From assembly GCA_951406725.2 (NCBI GenBank), contig OX597815.1, positions 45,260,001 through 45,324,000 on the forward strand: a stretch of 64,000 nucleotides of DNA, in the 5' to 3' direction. Positions within the stretch are counted from its first letter, which is position 1. Each line of letters starts with the position of its first letter. Origin of the DNA: Octopus vulgaris (lineage: Eukaryota). Below, piece by piece: positions 41,692 to 55,045 of the stretch. Both the position numbers and the translations under genes were made by a program. The notes below the pieces were generated by a model, which had not been told where the DNA came from, did not search any database, and was given only the letters and a program-made list of their open reading frames with translations.

Positions 41692-42129
41692 CAAACACAA
41701 TATAAAATATACTTAAAAATATATTAAAACTATGTAAAACGTGTGCATTTTCCTTCTTTTATTTTATATATATTTTTTGCATTACAACTCACAACGTAGA
41801 GATAATCGAAATTCCTCCCTTTTTGTTACTACTATATACATAGTTTAAAGTAGTGAGAAAAAGCAAATTTTTAAAGGCAATACAGGGCAAGGACAATTTT
41901 AGACTGAATTGAATGCCTTTTTCCTGCATTGCCTAATTATTTGCCTTCCCTCGCACTCCAACCTATACCTACTGGCTCAAAGGGATGCCACCTATAGCTG
42001 CTTTTAACAAGACAATCACACACACAACCATAACTTCAATGTTTGTTCTAACTATAATTTTTGTGGCACACCTATTTAAGCACTCAAAACGCATACCTAT
42101 TAGTTTGAGTCATCCTGACGAAAACTCAT

Positions 42130-42216
<87 letters not shown>

Positions 42217-42245
42217 ATACATACATTCATTCACACACAGAATTA

Positions 42246-42330
42246 CTCAATACATCTGACGAGAGCGACATTGCCGAAACCTCGAAGTCACTGTCACCCT
42301 TTACCGTCTTAAAGAAGTGTCAGTATTGAG
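42246..42330 (+). ncRNA. Type I hammerhead ribozyme motif
   Basis: CTCAATAC-AT-CTGACGA-GAGCGACATTGCC-GAAAC-CTCGAA-GTC-ACTGT...GTATTGAG; distal pairing CTCAATAC/GTATTGAG. Confidence 0.65.
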
Positions 42331-42840
42331 TGTGTATCTGTGTGCATAGTTTTGTGTGTGTGTGTGCGCGCGCGTGTGCATACACACATACAAATATTCA
42401 GATATACACAGATGTCTTTCGATATGGAACAAATTTTGATCATCGTTGCAACTATTTCCACCCTTCATTTGTAAATTTACGTAAAATCCATCCACCTGCT
42501 GTTTCTAAGCAGACATTTCTATCTAGCGATAAGCCTACTCTAGCCAGGCCACCTCGCCGGCTGGCATTACATGGCCGTTTACTTAGACATATTATTCTTC
42601 ATTTCAAGGTGTTAGCATTTTATAACCTTCGTGAAGGAACCATTTCTAATTACCATATATATTATTTTCTTTTCTTCTTGTAACTTGATCAGAATAAAAA
42701 CACCTTTGTTTGCATTAACAGGTAATGACTTTTAGGTGATATAGTGCTCGTTTAGTTCTTGTTATTTATCATCAAGATCTTTTTATCGTTTGTTTTTTTT
42801 ACTCACTTGCCATTGCAAATCATTGCCAATTGCTAAAGTA

Positions 42841-43116
42841 ATAAATACCTGATTTATATTTTTTCTAGAGAACAAAAAAGAATAATAAATAATTGATCTG
42901 TTTAAATGTGTTCCAACTGACATTTTTACGGGTTTGATTTTTTTTTAATATTTGTTTGTTAATTTTTTTAATTGTATAATTGTGATAAATACCTGATTTA
43001 TATTTCTTCTAGAGAACAAAAAAGAATAATAAATAATTGATCTGTTTAAATGTGTTCCAACTGACATTTTTACGGGTTTGATTTTTTTTAAATATTTGTT
43101 TGTTAATTTTTTTAAT
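42841..43116 (+). repeat. Recent tandem duplication, 144-bp period
   Basis: 42841-42972 and 42985-43116 are nearly identical. Confidence 0.9.
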
Positions 43117-43289
43117 GGATCTATAGAATCATGTGGCTATCACGGAAAAGTCCATCCAGCGGACCCAGCTAGCAGATGAAGATAATCCAATACTGAAGAA
43201 TAAAATATGGAGTTCTATGCACCTGAAATCCAGGAGATCCGATCTTTCGCTATATATATATCATGTATATATATATATTTTTTTTTGTT

Positions 43290-43957
43290 CCACTTTACCA
43301 TGTGCAACAGATTCAATGCAAATTATCAGTACATTTTCCGTGTTTTCATTCCTAATCAAAATATACACATTCAAATTTTGTTTTTTTTACTTTACACATA
43401 AGCTTTACAGCGGTGAGGTGGCAGAATCAGTAGGAATATTGATAATAAAACTATCACATTTTAAATGTAAGAAAAGTCTTGCATATTTTTCAGTTCCACT
43501 TACAGATTGTATTTGTAATATACGATTTCTTTCTTTGAAAACCCTAGCTTATTCATATTATTGTCACTTAGGCATTTATTCACAAAGCCAAAATACACCA
43601 TTTGTTATTGGTATAAATGTGAAATAATAATCTGGATATAGAAGCTGGAGATTTTGAAGCAGCTATCCATAATAATCTTCTTTCTCTTTGATTTTCAGAG
43701 AGATATTCGCGGCAGCAGAACAGCTAATCTCTATGACGGTACATACTTTTTCTTCTCTGATTTAAACAATGTCCAGCATGTTATGTTTACACTTGACAGG
43801 TGTAATGATGAGAATGTTCAGCTAGTATTCCTTGTATTGATGCCTGTGTATGTATTTGATAACAGGGGGATTCTCAATACATTTATTCCAGGACAGTCGA
43901 TTTTCTGAGTGGGATTGTATATTGTTTTTGCGACATCCCAGTGCATAGGAAGGTTAG

Positions 43958-43960
<3 letters not shown>
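43290..43960 (-). mobile_element. R4/Dong-like RLE non-LTR retrotransposon 3' fragment
   Basis: Minus-strand [13 protein letters not shown]...KCKHNMLDIV*IREEKVCTVIEISCSAAANISLKIKEKEDYYG*LLQNLQLLYPDYYFTFIPITNG...LQIQSVSGT. Confidence 0.8.
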
Positions 43961-43989
<29 letters not shown>

Positions 43990-44254
43990 TGTATGTATGT
44001 ATGTATGTATGTATGTATGTATGTATAGCAGAGTGTGAGAGTCAGCCAGTGGACCCATTCGACATTGTCGGCCCCAGCATCTAGCTGGACGGCTTGCTGA
44101 TGCTGGGGTGGAGGTGGAGTGAGTTGTAATCGGCGGGGAATAACTTGCAAGTCCTTTGCAACCCTTAGGAGCCATATTAGACGTCATCAGCGAGGGTGAG
44201 ACCAAACTTGAAATGTTGTTTAGCGTGAAATGTGATCATACGAGTCGACTTCCA

Positions 44255-44326
<72 letters not shown>

Positions 44327-44619
44327 TGTGTATCAGTGGCAACTCCAGCACTCGGACTGTTCGGGCTTAGCTCGAGTATAAACGTAGTAAAGTACACGTG
44401 TATTTGCAGGCTGATTTAATTTCTCTCAACACTGACTTCAAGTATGTAATTGCAGCCAATAACTCGGGCTCGTTTTATTGAACCTGGTAGCAGTTTATTT
44501 ATTTTCATTTAGCGTCTTAGGGGTGCCCTGTGTCAAAAAATATCATTTGAAACAGACGTTCACTCGACATCGTTCACACGCACCTGACTCTGGCTCAATA
44601 GTTACAGCCCGAGTTGCTA

Positions 44620-45786
44620 TCTATAATCGTAAAACTTCAAAGTAATTCGAATTCAATGTTTTCTTCTAATAATAAATTTCTATAGAGATTAGGATTTAAA
44701 TTCCAATCTATGAAAAGTTTCCGTTCTACAAAATTCTTAAAGGAAAGAAAAATTATCCAGCAACTCCTAAGATCAGCAAAGGTATGCTGCAGTACATGCG
44801 ATGGAGTCTTAATACAGAAGTCAGATGAGGTTTTCCCAAGATCAGCAAATACGTGTTGCAGCACGTCAACTGGAGTCTGAAGAGAGAAGGGAGACGAGAC
44901 TTTCCCAAGATCAGCAAAGGCATGCTACAGCACGTCAAATGGAGTCTCAAGAGAAAAGAGAGATGAGATTCCCAAGATCAGCAAACGTATGCTGCAGCAC
45001 TTAATGCTGAATCATTAAAACAACTTTTTAATGATTAGACATCAGTCCAATAGAATAGCTCTCAGAAACAGACTACGTACAAATTCGTTCTTCACAACAC
45101 CTGGAGCTGCTTTCAGATATGATCCATCCCATTCTTATAAAAATGATAATTCTTTCCAAATTGGTGTGCTAAACTCTAATCGTCATTTCTGCAAAGCTTT
45201 AAAATTTCCAAATGAAACTAAAGGCATGCGCTACTCATGCGGTAAGGTAAAATTGCCAGCACTGCCAGCTACTCCTCAGCCTCTTATAGATCTTCTGGAT
45301 GGCACTTCCATCCAGTCAAATGATTTTCTGAGCAATATCAGACAATATAACTCTGCATTCCAAATAACATCGTTTGGTGCATCAAAGGAGATAGTTGAAA
45401 CATGAATTTACCCCGATGTTCAAAGTTAAAGAGCAAGTCTATCCCCTCATTGATTCTGAAGGATGTGTTAAAATTTTAGATGATCGGTCATGATAAATGC
45501 AGTGCCGATGCTGCAAAGGAGAGTATATCCACTGACAGCTTTTAGCTGCGTTCAAAAGTCACATACCCACCCCAACCCACCCTCAATTTTCCATATCTGG
45601 TTAGGGCTTGGAATACTCCAAATGGACGCAAGACGTGTCACTTAGTCGAATTAGCTCATCATTTACACCATAAATGTTTTGTCATCAATGCTGCACTTTC
45701 CCGTATCACCTGTTTCAGCATAACTAATATATATATATATATACAAAGTATGCAATTTTAATCTCCAGCAACGCCGGGTATCTTTA

Positions 45787-45790
<4 letters not shown>
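44620..45790 (+). mobile_element. Internally deleted Helitron retaining the RepHel N-terminus
   Basis: A|TCTATAATC 5' end; ~68-bp coding-type tandem repeats 44765-45000; 3' GCAACGCCGGG...CTAA|T. Confidence 0.85.
45031..45460 (+). pseudogene. Helitron RepHel N-terminal fragment
   Basis: FCKALKFPNETKGMRYSCGKVKLP...FLSNIRQYNSAFQITSFG.../FTPMFKVKEQVY. Confidence 0.85.
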
Positions 45791-45846
<56 letters not shown>

Positions 45847-46985
45847 CATATATATGCACACATAAAAGTATAAGTATATATATTATATACACATAAATGT
45901 ATAAACATATATATATACATAAATGTATACAAATATATATATATATATGTATGTGTGTGTGTTTGCGCGCGCGTGTGTGTGCGTGTATGTGTGAACGTAT
46001 GTATGTATAAATCAGTATATGTTCTGGGCGGGGGCGGGTATATGTGTATGTTTGTGCATATATGTATATGTGTCTTTATTTGTGCATATGTGCGTATCTG
46101 TAATCAATTCCAGCTTTATATATTATAAATTCAATATTTTTAAATGAAGAAAGCGACAACAGTTAGTTTTATTCGAATGAAGAAAATCAATATAACAGTC
46201 TAAAAGTAAATTATTCTGTACAACAGATTAAATTTGATATCGTTGCTGTTTCCTGTTAATATAATGTAATGATATCACACGGAGTGTTACACAAGACGCT
46301 GGCTAAACCATATTACGATCCATTTATAATTTCATTGGCTTACCTTATATTTCAACATTTTCTGCTACGACTGTCAAAAAGTAATGAATAAATGTTACTG
46401 GAATGATTATCGATTTGTGTATGTTTGAAAATGTGTCTAGTCGGGAGCAAATCAACCGCTTAGTAATCGGGAGTTGCTGCGTTCAACCCTAATGTTCGAT
46501 ATTCTCGTTGAAGTGTATTATATCATAGCTCTGTATTCACTCATATCTTATTGAAAAAATTAGGTTAATGTAGCTGTGTAGAAGAAACCCGTCAGATAAA
46601 CTGAACTTTATACTGAGAGCATCCTCCTTTGCCTCACACTTTATCTAAGGATTACTGTTTGTGTGCGTATCTTGGGTGGATTCCTCATATGTGTAAAAGA
46701 TCACTCCAGGATTGTTTCACTTTGTTCAAGATGATCTTCGCCCTCCCAAACCTTTTGTCCTGGAGTAACAAAGTGCCTTACAGGTCTCACGAAGAATTTC
46801 ATTTTCAAGTCTTCTGCCACTGTTTTTTGAACTGCCACAGCTGAAACCCCTCTCTCGATGCCTAGCGTCTTATGGATTGAGTTGGATCTCTTATATTTCT
46901 ACCATATTCCAGCTGTTGATGGGACCACCAGACCGTATGGTTTTGAGTCATTTGTGCTCATACTCAGTGGTGGACAACTGTCCTG

Positions 46986-47027
<42 letters not shown>

Positions 47028-47524
47028 GTGAGAGAGTGAGTGAGAGACCTGCATAGCTCTGATCAACCTTACTATAGAATATAGTTGAGAATAAGCAGCA
47101 GTCTATCCTTGCAAGTCGTAGAACGTTGTGACATCTAAGACTAAATATAGAAGTTTGAGAACCACCAGAAATAGAGGACGTGTTTTTAGGTCTCGACACC
47201 TGGATTACGGTGCTCAATATAAAGAACTTTGGTAGAGGATAGAACAAGAACTTGTGTTAATTAACTGATTCATTTCTCCTTCCCAGATGTATAGCCTTGT
47301 GTCTACCTACCTAAAACTAATCGCAAGCTTGTAAAAGTATTTCGTGCCTTTTGTTTCGGCTCTTTGCATTCTGATTTCGAATTCCACCGAATTTCGTCTC
47401 GTTGCATTCTGAGTCTGAATTCAACCTTTCCTTTCTTTTTTTTATTTTTTCATCCTTCTGAGTTCGATAGCTAAAGTGCCTCTCGATTCTTTCTTTCTCT
47501 CTCTTTCTTTACCCCTATCTATCA

Positions 47525-47575
<51 letters not shown>

Positions 47576-47576
47576 A

Positions 47577-47635
<59 letters not shown>

Positions 47636-47664
47636 ATATATATATATATATATATATATCTATA

Positions 47665-47723
<59 letters not shown>
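47525..47723. repeat. (TATC)n microsatellite
   Basis: Directly visible. Confidence 0.95.
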
Positions 47724-48256
47724 ATGTCACCTAGGTGACATAAATCTTCCCCCACTCTTCACTTTATATCTTGCAGAAAAACCACTTGCAGTGTCCATTA
47801 TCGCCAAGAAATAGAAAGAGATTGAAACAGGGACTAGCAAACCTTTCTTATCAAGCATTCTTAAAAAACATTGTCCAAAAAAAACACAGGGAATATGGCA
47901 GGCGTGAACGGACTAAAGAGCTCTACGACAAAATCAGTTTTAGAAAAAACTGTATAACGCGCGATGTCTGGCGTAATCGACAAAGCGACTGATTAAGCGA
48001 CTTGTAGTATTTAGTTACGTCCCTTTAGGTACTTAGTGTAAATCTCACCACGTCAACTTTGCTTGTGGCCCCCCTCAAGGGTCGATGAAATAAGTGCCAA
48101 CTAAATACTGAGAAGGAGAGGGTGGCTATAAACGACTATAATTCTCTCCTTGTCCCACCCAAATGTGTGACCTTGTGCCTATCTTTGATTAGTTCTTTCT
48201 GCAGACTTAAATGCTTTTTACGTGCATGCGTGTTTGCCAGTGTATGTATGTGTGTC

Positions 48257-48313
<57 letters not shown>

Positions 48314-49044
48314 TGTGAGTGTGTGTGTGGTGTCTGCGTGTCTGTGTGTGTGTATGCATGTGCGTTTCCGTATGTGTTGGTGTGTTAGTGTTTGTGAGCG
48401 TATGCTGGTATTTATATGTGTGTGTGTGTGTTACCGTGCATGTTGGTGTGTTAGTCTTTGTAAGTGTATGCTAGTGTGTGTGTGTGTGTGCGTGCATGTG
48501 CGTGCGTGTGCGTGTGTATATGCGTGTGTGTGTGCATGCGTGTTATTGTGTTTGACCTTGTAAGTGTGTGTATGTGTGTATGTTAGGGTACGTGTGTATG
48601 CTGCGGGGTGTGTGTGTGTGTATGCGTGTATATTAGAATGAAAGAGAGCATGTGTGTGTGCGCGCGTGTGTTTATGCATGTGTGTGTGTGTATGTGTGTT
48701 TGTTTGTGAGTGTGTGTGTGTTGGTGGTGTGTGAAGAGAGATAATGGGAAGTTTGGAGAGGGAGAAAAAGACAGAGACGGATATACATAACGTGTGTTGG
48801 TGTGTGCGTGTATGTATGTGGGGGGGGGTAGTCTATTTTATTTTATTTTATTTTTCACTTAAGATTTACTCATATCATGTGATTTTCAAGATAAGAGCAG
48901 AGTATGTTTGCATTGCTTGCACTCAATGGCAGATGTTAAGAAAGAAAGAAAGAAAAAGAGAGAAAAAGAGAGGGGGGAGAGAGAGTCAGTAAGGGGAAAA
49001 GGAGAGCAAGATAGAGTAAGAAGGAACATAGTCATAGAGAAATA

Positions 49045-49275
49045 TATTTCTTTATTGCCCACAAGGGGCTAAACACAGAGAGGACAAACAAGGACAGACA
49101 AATGGATTAAGTCGATTATATCGCCCCCAGTGCGTAACTGGTGCTTATTTAATCGACCCCGAAAGGATGAAAGGCAAAGTCGACCTCGGCGGAATTTGAA
49201 CTCAGAACGTAGCGGCAGACGAAATACCGCTAAGCATTTCGCCTGGCGCGCTAACGTTTCTGCCATCTCGCCGCC
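49045..49275 (-). mobile_element. Young full-length SINE family A
   Basis: Perfect 16-bp TSD TAGTCATAGAGAAATA (49029-44, 49276-91). Confidence 0.92.
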
Positions 49276-49410
49276 TAGTCATAGAGAAATAGAAAAGGTG
49301 TTGAAAGTGAAGAGAGAGAGGGGAAAGGGAGAGAGTCAGACAGACCGACTGGCAGGACAAGAGACAGGAAGAGAGAGAAACGACAGAGAAATAGGGAGAA
49401 TAAAAAAGAT

Positions 49411-49473
<63 letters not shown>

Positions 49474-49894
49474 TGGGGGAGAGAGAGAGAGAGAAACGGG
49501 CAGAGAACAACAGAAACAGACGACAAGCAGGTAGACAAAACTATAGAAATAGAGACAGAGAGGAAGAGAAACGGACAGACAGAGACAAAAATAGAGGAAG
49601 ACGTATATTGTGGAGAAAAAGAGAGTGGAAGAGAGAGAGAGAGAGAAAGAAAGTCGATGGGAGGAATCGAAAGTAAAAGTGAAAGAGGAAGAGAGAAGGA
49701 GAAAGAAAATGACAAAGGCATAAAGAAAGAACGAAGGAAAGAGAAACGGGAAGAGAGAAGGAAATAGTCAATGAGAAAGAGAGATAAATTCGCACATGCA
49801 AAGTAAGAACATATGAGAAGGAAAAAAATTGTTGTAATGATGAAATCGTGCTTGAAAGGTGTGTTTATGCGAGCATGCGTGTGTCTGTCCGTGT

Positions 49895-49997
<103 letters not shown>

Positions 49998-50476
49998 CGT
50001 GCGTGTGTGTGTGTATGTGTGTGTGTCTGTCCCTTCCCCTCTCTTCTGTGTGTGCATGTATGTACACGATCGCATACGCACACACACAGGAGAGGGAAAG
50101 GTACAGAGAGAGAGATAGGGGGCAAGAGAAAAAGGGATGAAAGTGTCGTTGGCGTAGAGAACAAGGAAAAAATACAAAGGAAATTTAGACAGAAAGTGTA
50201 CGTTTCAGGTATGGAAAAAGTAGAGAATATTGGGTGGGGGGGAAGAAGGACTGAAGGAAGGAAGGAAGGAAAGAAAGGAAGAAGGATGGAAAAAAAGGAA
50301 GGAAAGAAAGAACGAAAGATGGAAAAACAGAGAAATTGTGTGATGGCTGTAGAAAAGAGCATAGGGCTGTTGTTGTTGTTGTGATTGTTATTGCTTATCC
50401 CGAAGTCATTCCTTCCACGACTATCCTGTTTCTTTACCAAGTCGACATCCTCATGCATTTGGAACATATAGTGAGA

Positions 50477-50584
<108 letters not shown>

Positions 50585-50953
50585 ATAAGCGATTTAATAT
50601 TTTCTAAGATAGACACAAACTTACGAATCTGGATATAGAAGAACATTCAATTATATCGATCTCAGTATTGATCCTGTTTCAGTCAATGGACTGCGTCCAA
50701 GTTGGGTCACCGATGTGAAGGGCTTTAGTCGAACAAATTTACACCAGTACTTATTCTTTTTAAAGTCTGGTACTTATTTTATCGGGTTCTTTTGCCGAAC
50801 AGCTAGGTTACGGTAACGTAAACATATCGTCACCAATTATCCAGCAGTCAGGGATGGGTGGACAAGTAAAGGCACACGGACGCACACATGCAGACATATA
50901 TGTGTGTGCGTGTGGCGTATGTGTATGTGTGTACACACACGCACACACACACG

Positions 50954-51006
<53 letters not shown>

Positions 51007-51098
51007 TTCAGTACCCTCATGCGTGCGCACAGGGGTGTGCTGAAAAGTTCCTGGAATTATAAGAAATTCCATTTTCATTCTTAGCTGTATTTCTAAAG

Positions 51099-51306
51099 GC
51101 GGCGAGCTAGTGGAATCGTTAGCCCGCCGGGCAAAATGCTTAGCAGCGTTTCGTCTGTTTTTACGTTCAAATTCCGCCGAGGTCGACTTTGCCTTTCATC
51201 CTTTTGGGGTCAATGAAATAAAGTATGAGCTAAGCACTGAGGTCGATGTAACTGACTGCTCCATCTTCTCAAAAACTGCTGGTTCTGTGCCACAGTTTTG
51301 AAACCA
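51099..51306 (+). mobile_element. SINE family A
   Basis: Head, B box and tail. Confidence 0.8.
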
Positions 51307-51556
51307 TTACTTATTTTATTTACACCCCGTCCCATATGTATAATACAATAGAAACAATTGTCGGCTTTATTCTATAATAAAGAAATAATTTACCGTGTAC
51401 GTATTTGTTTGTTGTCAAGTACTCTGGATTTCTCGAAATTCTTCTGAAGAACATTTGGATCTACTTGTCATACTCGAGAATTTACCTTGCACGTATATTC
51501 TACTTACATTTACAGGTGTCTGATTGTTGGATATTTTTTTAAACCCCCACCATTTT

Positions 51557-51609
<53 letters not shown>

Positions 51610-51633
51610 TACATACATACATACATACATACA

Positions 51634-51666
<33 letters not shown>

Positions 51667-51667
<1 letters not shown>

Positions 51668-51980
51668 CATATATAATAAATACAATATATGGTTTTTTGT
51701 ACTACTATAGGTTTCATGTGCTGAGAATATGCTAAACTGTGTTTTATAATGGCATGGTATACTAGCACAATCATCAGACACTGTCCATATGGTACATCGG
51801 TGTAGTCTCTGATGATTGTGCTGGAACACCAGACATGTTATAAAGCACTGCTTGATATGTTTTTAGCACATGAATCTAATACTAGCGCATAAAAACATAT
51901 ATTGTGTTTATTAAATAATATTTATCTTTCACCAGATGGAGTACTGATTTTTTTGATCTTACCATCACGGAATAGTACTC

Positions 51981-51985
<5 letters not shown>
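51667..51985. mobile_element. Palindromic MITE (right arm also at 16262-16385)
   Basis: AATAAATACAATATATG...TTCATGTGCT inverted to AGCACATGAA...CATATATTGTGTTTATT. Confidence 0.65.
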
Positions 51986-52035
<50 letters not shown>

Positions 52036-52733
52036 GAATGCGCATGGCTTAATGATTAGAGTGTCGGGTTGCAATCATTAAGTAGTGAGTTCGATTCCCA
52101 GACTGGACTGTGTGAGATGTTCTTGAACGAGACGCTTTATTTCACATTCCTCCAGTTCACTCAGCTGTAGAGATGAGCTGCGACGTCACTGGTGCCAAGT
52201 TATATCAGTGGCGTGAAAAGGATGCATAGGCGACTCCTGGCCTTCAGCAAACAACCTTGCTCAGACATGTGCCTCGGAGGGTAACTTTCTTGGTGTAATT
52301 TCAATAAGCTTGTTTTAATTACATTGTTTTATTTGTAAATTTACATGTGATTTTTCACTCCCAACGTACATATATTTCCTATACATACTTACATACATAC
52401 ATACATACATATACGTATATATATATATATTTTATTCTTTATTATTTGTTTCAGTCATTTAATGCAGCCATGCTGGAGCACTGCCTTTAGTCGAACAAAT
52501 CAACCCCAGGACTTATTCTTTGTAAGCCTAGTGCTTATTCTATCGGTCTATTTTACCGAACCGCTAAGTTACGGGGACGTAAACACACCAACATCGGTTG
52601 TCAAGCGATAGTGGGAGGACAAACACTAACACGCAAACACACATACACACACACACATATCTATATTTATATATATACATACATACATATATGTATATAC
52701 ATGTATATACGTATATACATATATGTGTGTGTT

Positions 52734-52797
<64 letters not shown>

Positions 52798-52981
52798 CGT
52801 GTGTGCGTATATTTGTATATGTATGTGTGAGTGTGTATATATATATATATATATATAGATGGGTGTGTGTATGCGTATAAATGCATGTAAGCATGGATGT
52901 ATGGATGTATGTATGTATGTATACGTATGTATGTGTTTGTGTGTATATGTATGTATGTGTGTGTATGTGTGTATATATATA

Positions 52982-53058
<77 letters not shown>

Positions 53059-53462
53059 ACATACACACATATATATGTATGTAGGAGTATATATATATAT
53101 GTGTGTGTGTATGTATATGTGTATATATATATATATGTATATTTATTGGTGTATATGTATAGACTAGCCTCCTAAAGTGTAGACACGAATCTGTAGGTAC
53201 GAGTACGTATGTGTATATACGTGAACGTATGTAGATGTTTGTATGTATGAATATAACGCGTGCGTACGTGTATGTGTATGAGTGTACGAATGGGTGAATG
53301 TACGTGCTAATGAGTGTGCGTGCGGGAATGAGTACTTGCCTTCTAGTAGACAGACAAATGGACATGCTGCCATAGCCAGGATCCTTAGCTCTAGCGATCA
53401 AAGATAACAAAAGTAATAAATGAAGATAATAAAATTAAAATTAGGGAATGGGCCTGTATTGG

Positions 53463-53505
<43 letters not shown>

Positions 53506-53941
53506 GTGTATGTGTAGGTATGTATAGGTACACATGTGTATGTGTATGTGTATGTATATGTGTATGTGTATGTATGTGCACACATGTATATATATGTATG
53601 CGTGTATATGTATATATATATATATATATATGTACATATGTGTATGTGGGTGTATGTATATATAGGTGTAAATATGTGTATATAGGGAACTAGGTGTGTT
53701 GTGTGTGCATGAGTGTATGTGCGTATGAATATATATTTTTCTGTGTATATATGTATGTGTGGTCGTGGGTATATATATACATGTGTGTATGCGTGTATGC
53801 ATGGGAGTGAGTGTATGCATATATACGTGTGTGTATGTGTAGACAGGTATATGCATGTGCATGTGTATAAATTTGTATATGTGGGCGGGTGTATGTATGT
53901 GTGTATGTAGATATGTATGTATATGTGTATGTATGTATATG

Positions 53942-53972
<31 letters not shown>

Positions 53973-54349
53973 GTGTATATATGTGTGTAGATGCGTATAC
54001 ATATGTGTATAGGTATAAGTGAGAATCTCCTTATTTACCTATAACTCTATCCCCCTTTTTTTATATATATATTTTTTTATATATATATTGTTTATATATA
54101 TTTTTTATTTTTTTATTTTTTTATTTTTTTATTTTTTTTTTATTTATTTATTTTTTTTATTTATTTTTATTTATTTATTTATTTTTTTATTTTTTTATTT
54201 ATCTATTCTTTCATCTAACTTACCACTGACTCCTTGACCACTCCCCCAAGTATGATATTTTGCGCTATGCCTACCCCCAAAAAAGTCCCCCACCACCACT
54301 CCTTTAAACCTGCCTAAATGTATAAATGCTAATACAATTCTTGTTAAAT

Positions 54350-54400
54350 AGCTTCCTGAAGATTTCTCTTGAATGAAACAGTACTAGTCCTGTAGAAGCT
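54350..54400 (+). ncRNA. Type I hammerhead ribozyme
   Basis: AGCTTC-CTGAAGA-TTTC-TCTT-GAAT-GAAA-CAG-TACTAGTC-CTG-TA-GAAGCT; 6-bp stem I, GUA site after 54394. Confidence 0.8.
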
Positions 54401-54483
54401 CCTTCTATATAATAAATTAATTTTACTCTGCTATGTATTGAGTACCTTACTTACTGTGGTTAACCCCGAATCAACCCGGGACC

Positions 54484-54527
<44 letters not shown>

Positions 54528-54643
54528 CACCTACATTGCGAGAAATATGAGCTAAGCCGCTCTAATGATGTAGCTAACGCACTTGAATGAAAACTTATAC
54601 ACTAACAGAGACTATTATCGTCCGAAAAGTGCCGATCGAGAAT

Positions 54644-54696
54644 TCTTAATACTGACGCGTCAGTTTCTGCAATTTCCGTTGCGTCATCAGTTAAGA
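54644..54696 (-). ncRNA. Type I hammerhead ribozyme
   Basis: Minus strand TCTTAA-CTGATGA-CGCAA-CGGAAA-TTGCA-GAAA-CTGACGCGTCAG-TA-TTAAGA; 14-nt palindrome ACTGACGCGTCAGT. Confidence 0.85.
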
Positions 54697-54815
54697 CAGC
54701 TCGACTTCGGCTCTCTCCGGACACGCTTCGCCATTATTGGATGATTTAGTGATTCGCTAATGTCCATATATAAAATTAATATAGACACCAGTTTGCAATG
54801 TTTCATCAAATAGGA

Positions 54816-54863
<48 letters not shown>

Positions 54864-55045
54864 GTTCTCTAGCCGGTAACTACTGCTGTAGTTCATTAAC
54901 TGCAGAGTAATTTCCGATCTCAGCGCGCCAAAGTGAAGGCATTTGAAAGATACACATAAATATAATTTGTGGAGCTTTATACATGCTAGATTTCGGTCGA
55001 GCGCCCTGTATCTAGTTCTGGAAATTGTATTTCGTAAACGACAGA

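Noticed and set aside
43681-43740. Apparent acceptor TTTCTCTTTGATTTTCAG and small plus-strand exon
   Set aside because: It is the antisense of the R4/Dong-like endonuclease coding sequence
44765-45000. Regularly spaced direct repeats resembling a CRISPR array
   Set aside because: Spacers are also homologous; these are the coding tandem repeats of the Helitron RepHel N-terminus in a eukaryotic context
46610-46945. Possible RTE-like LINE remnant on the minus strand
   Set aside because: Translation too degenerate to identify a motif confidently
51805-51835. CTGATGA with GTCT/AGAC arms
   Set aside because: Part of the MITE's internal inverted repeat; no GAAA, stem II or stem III
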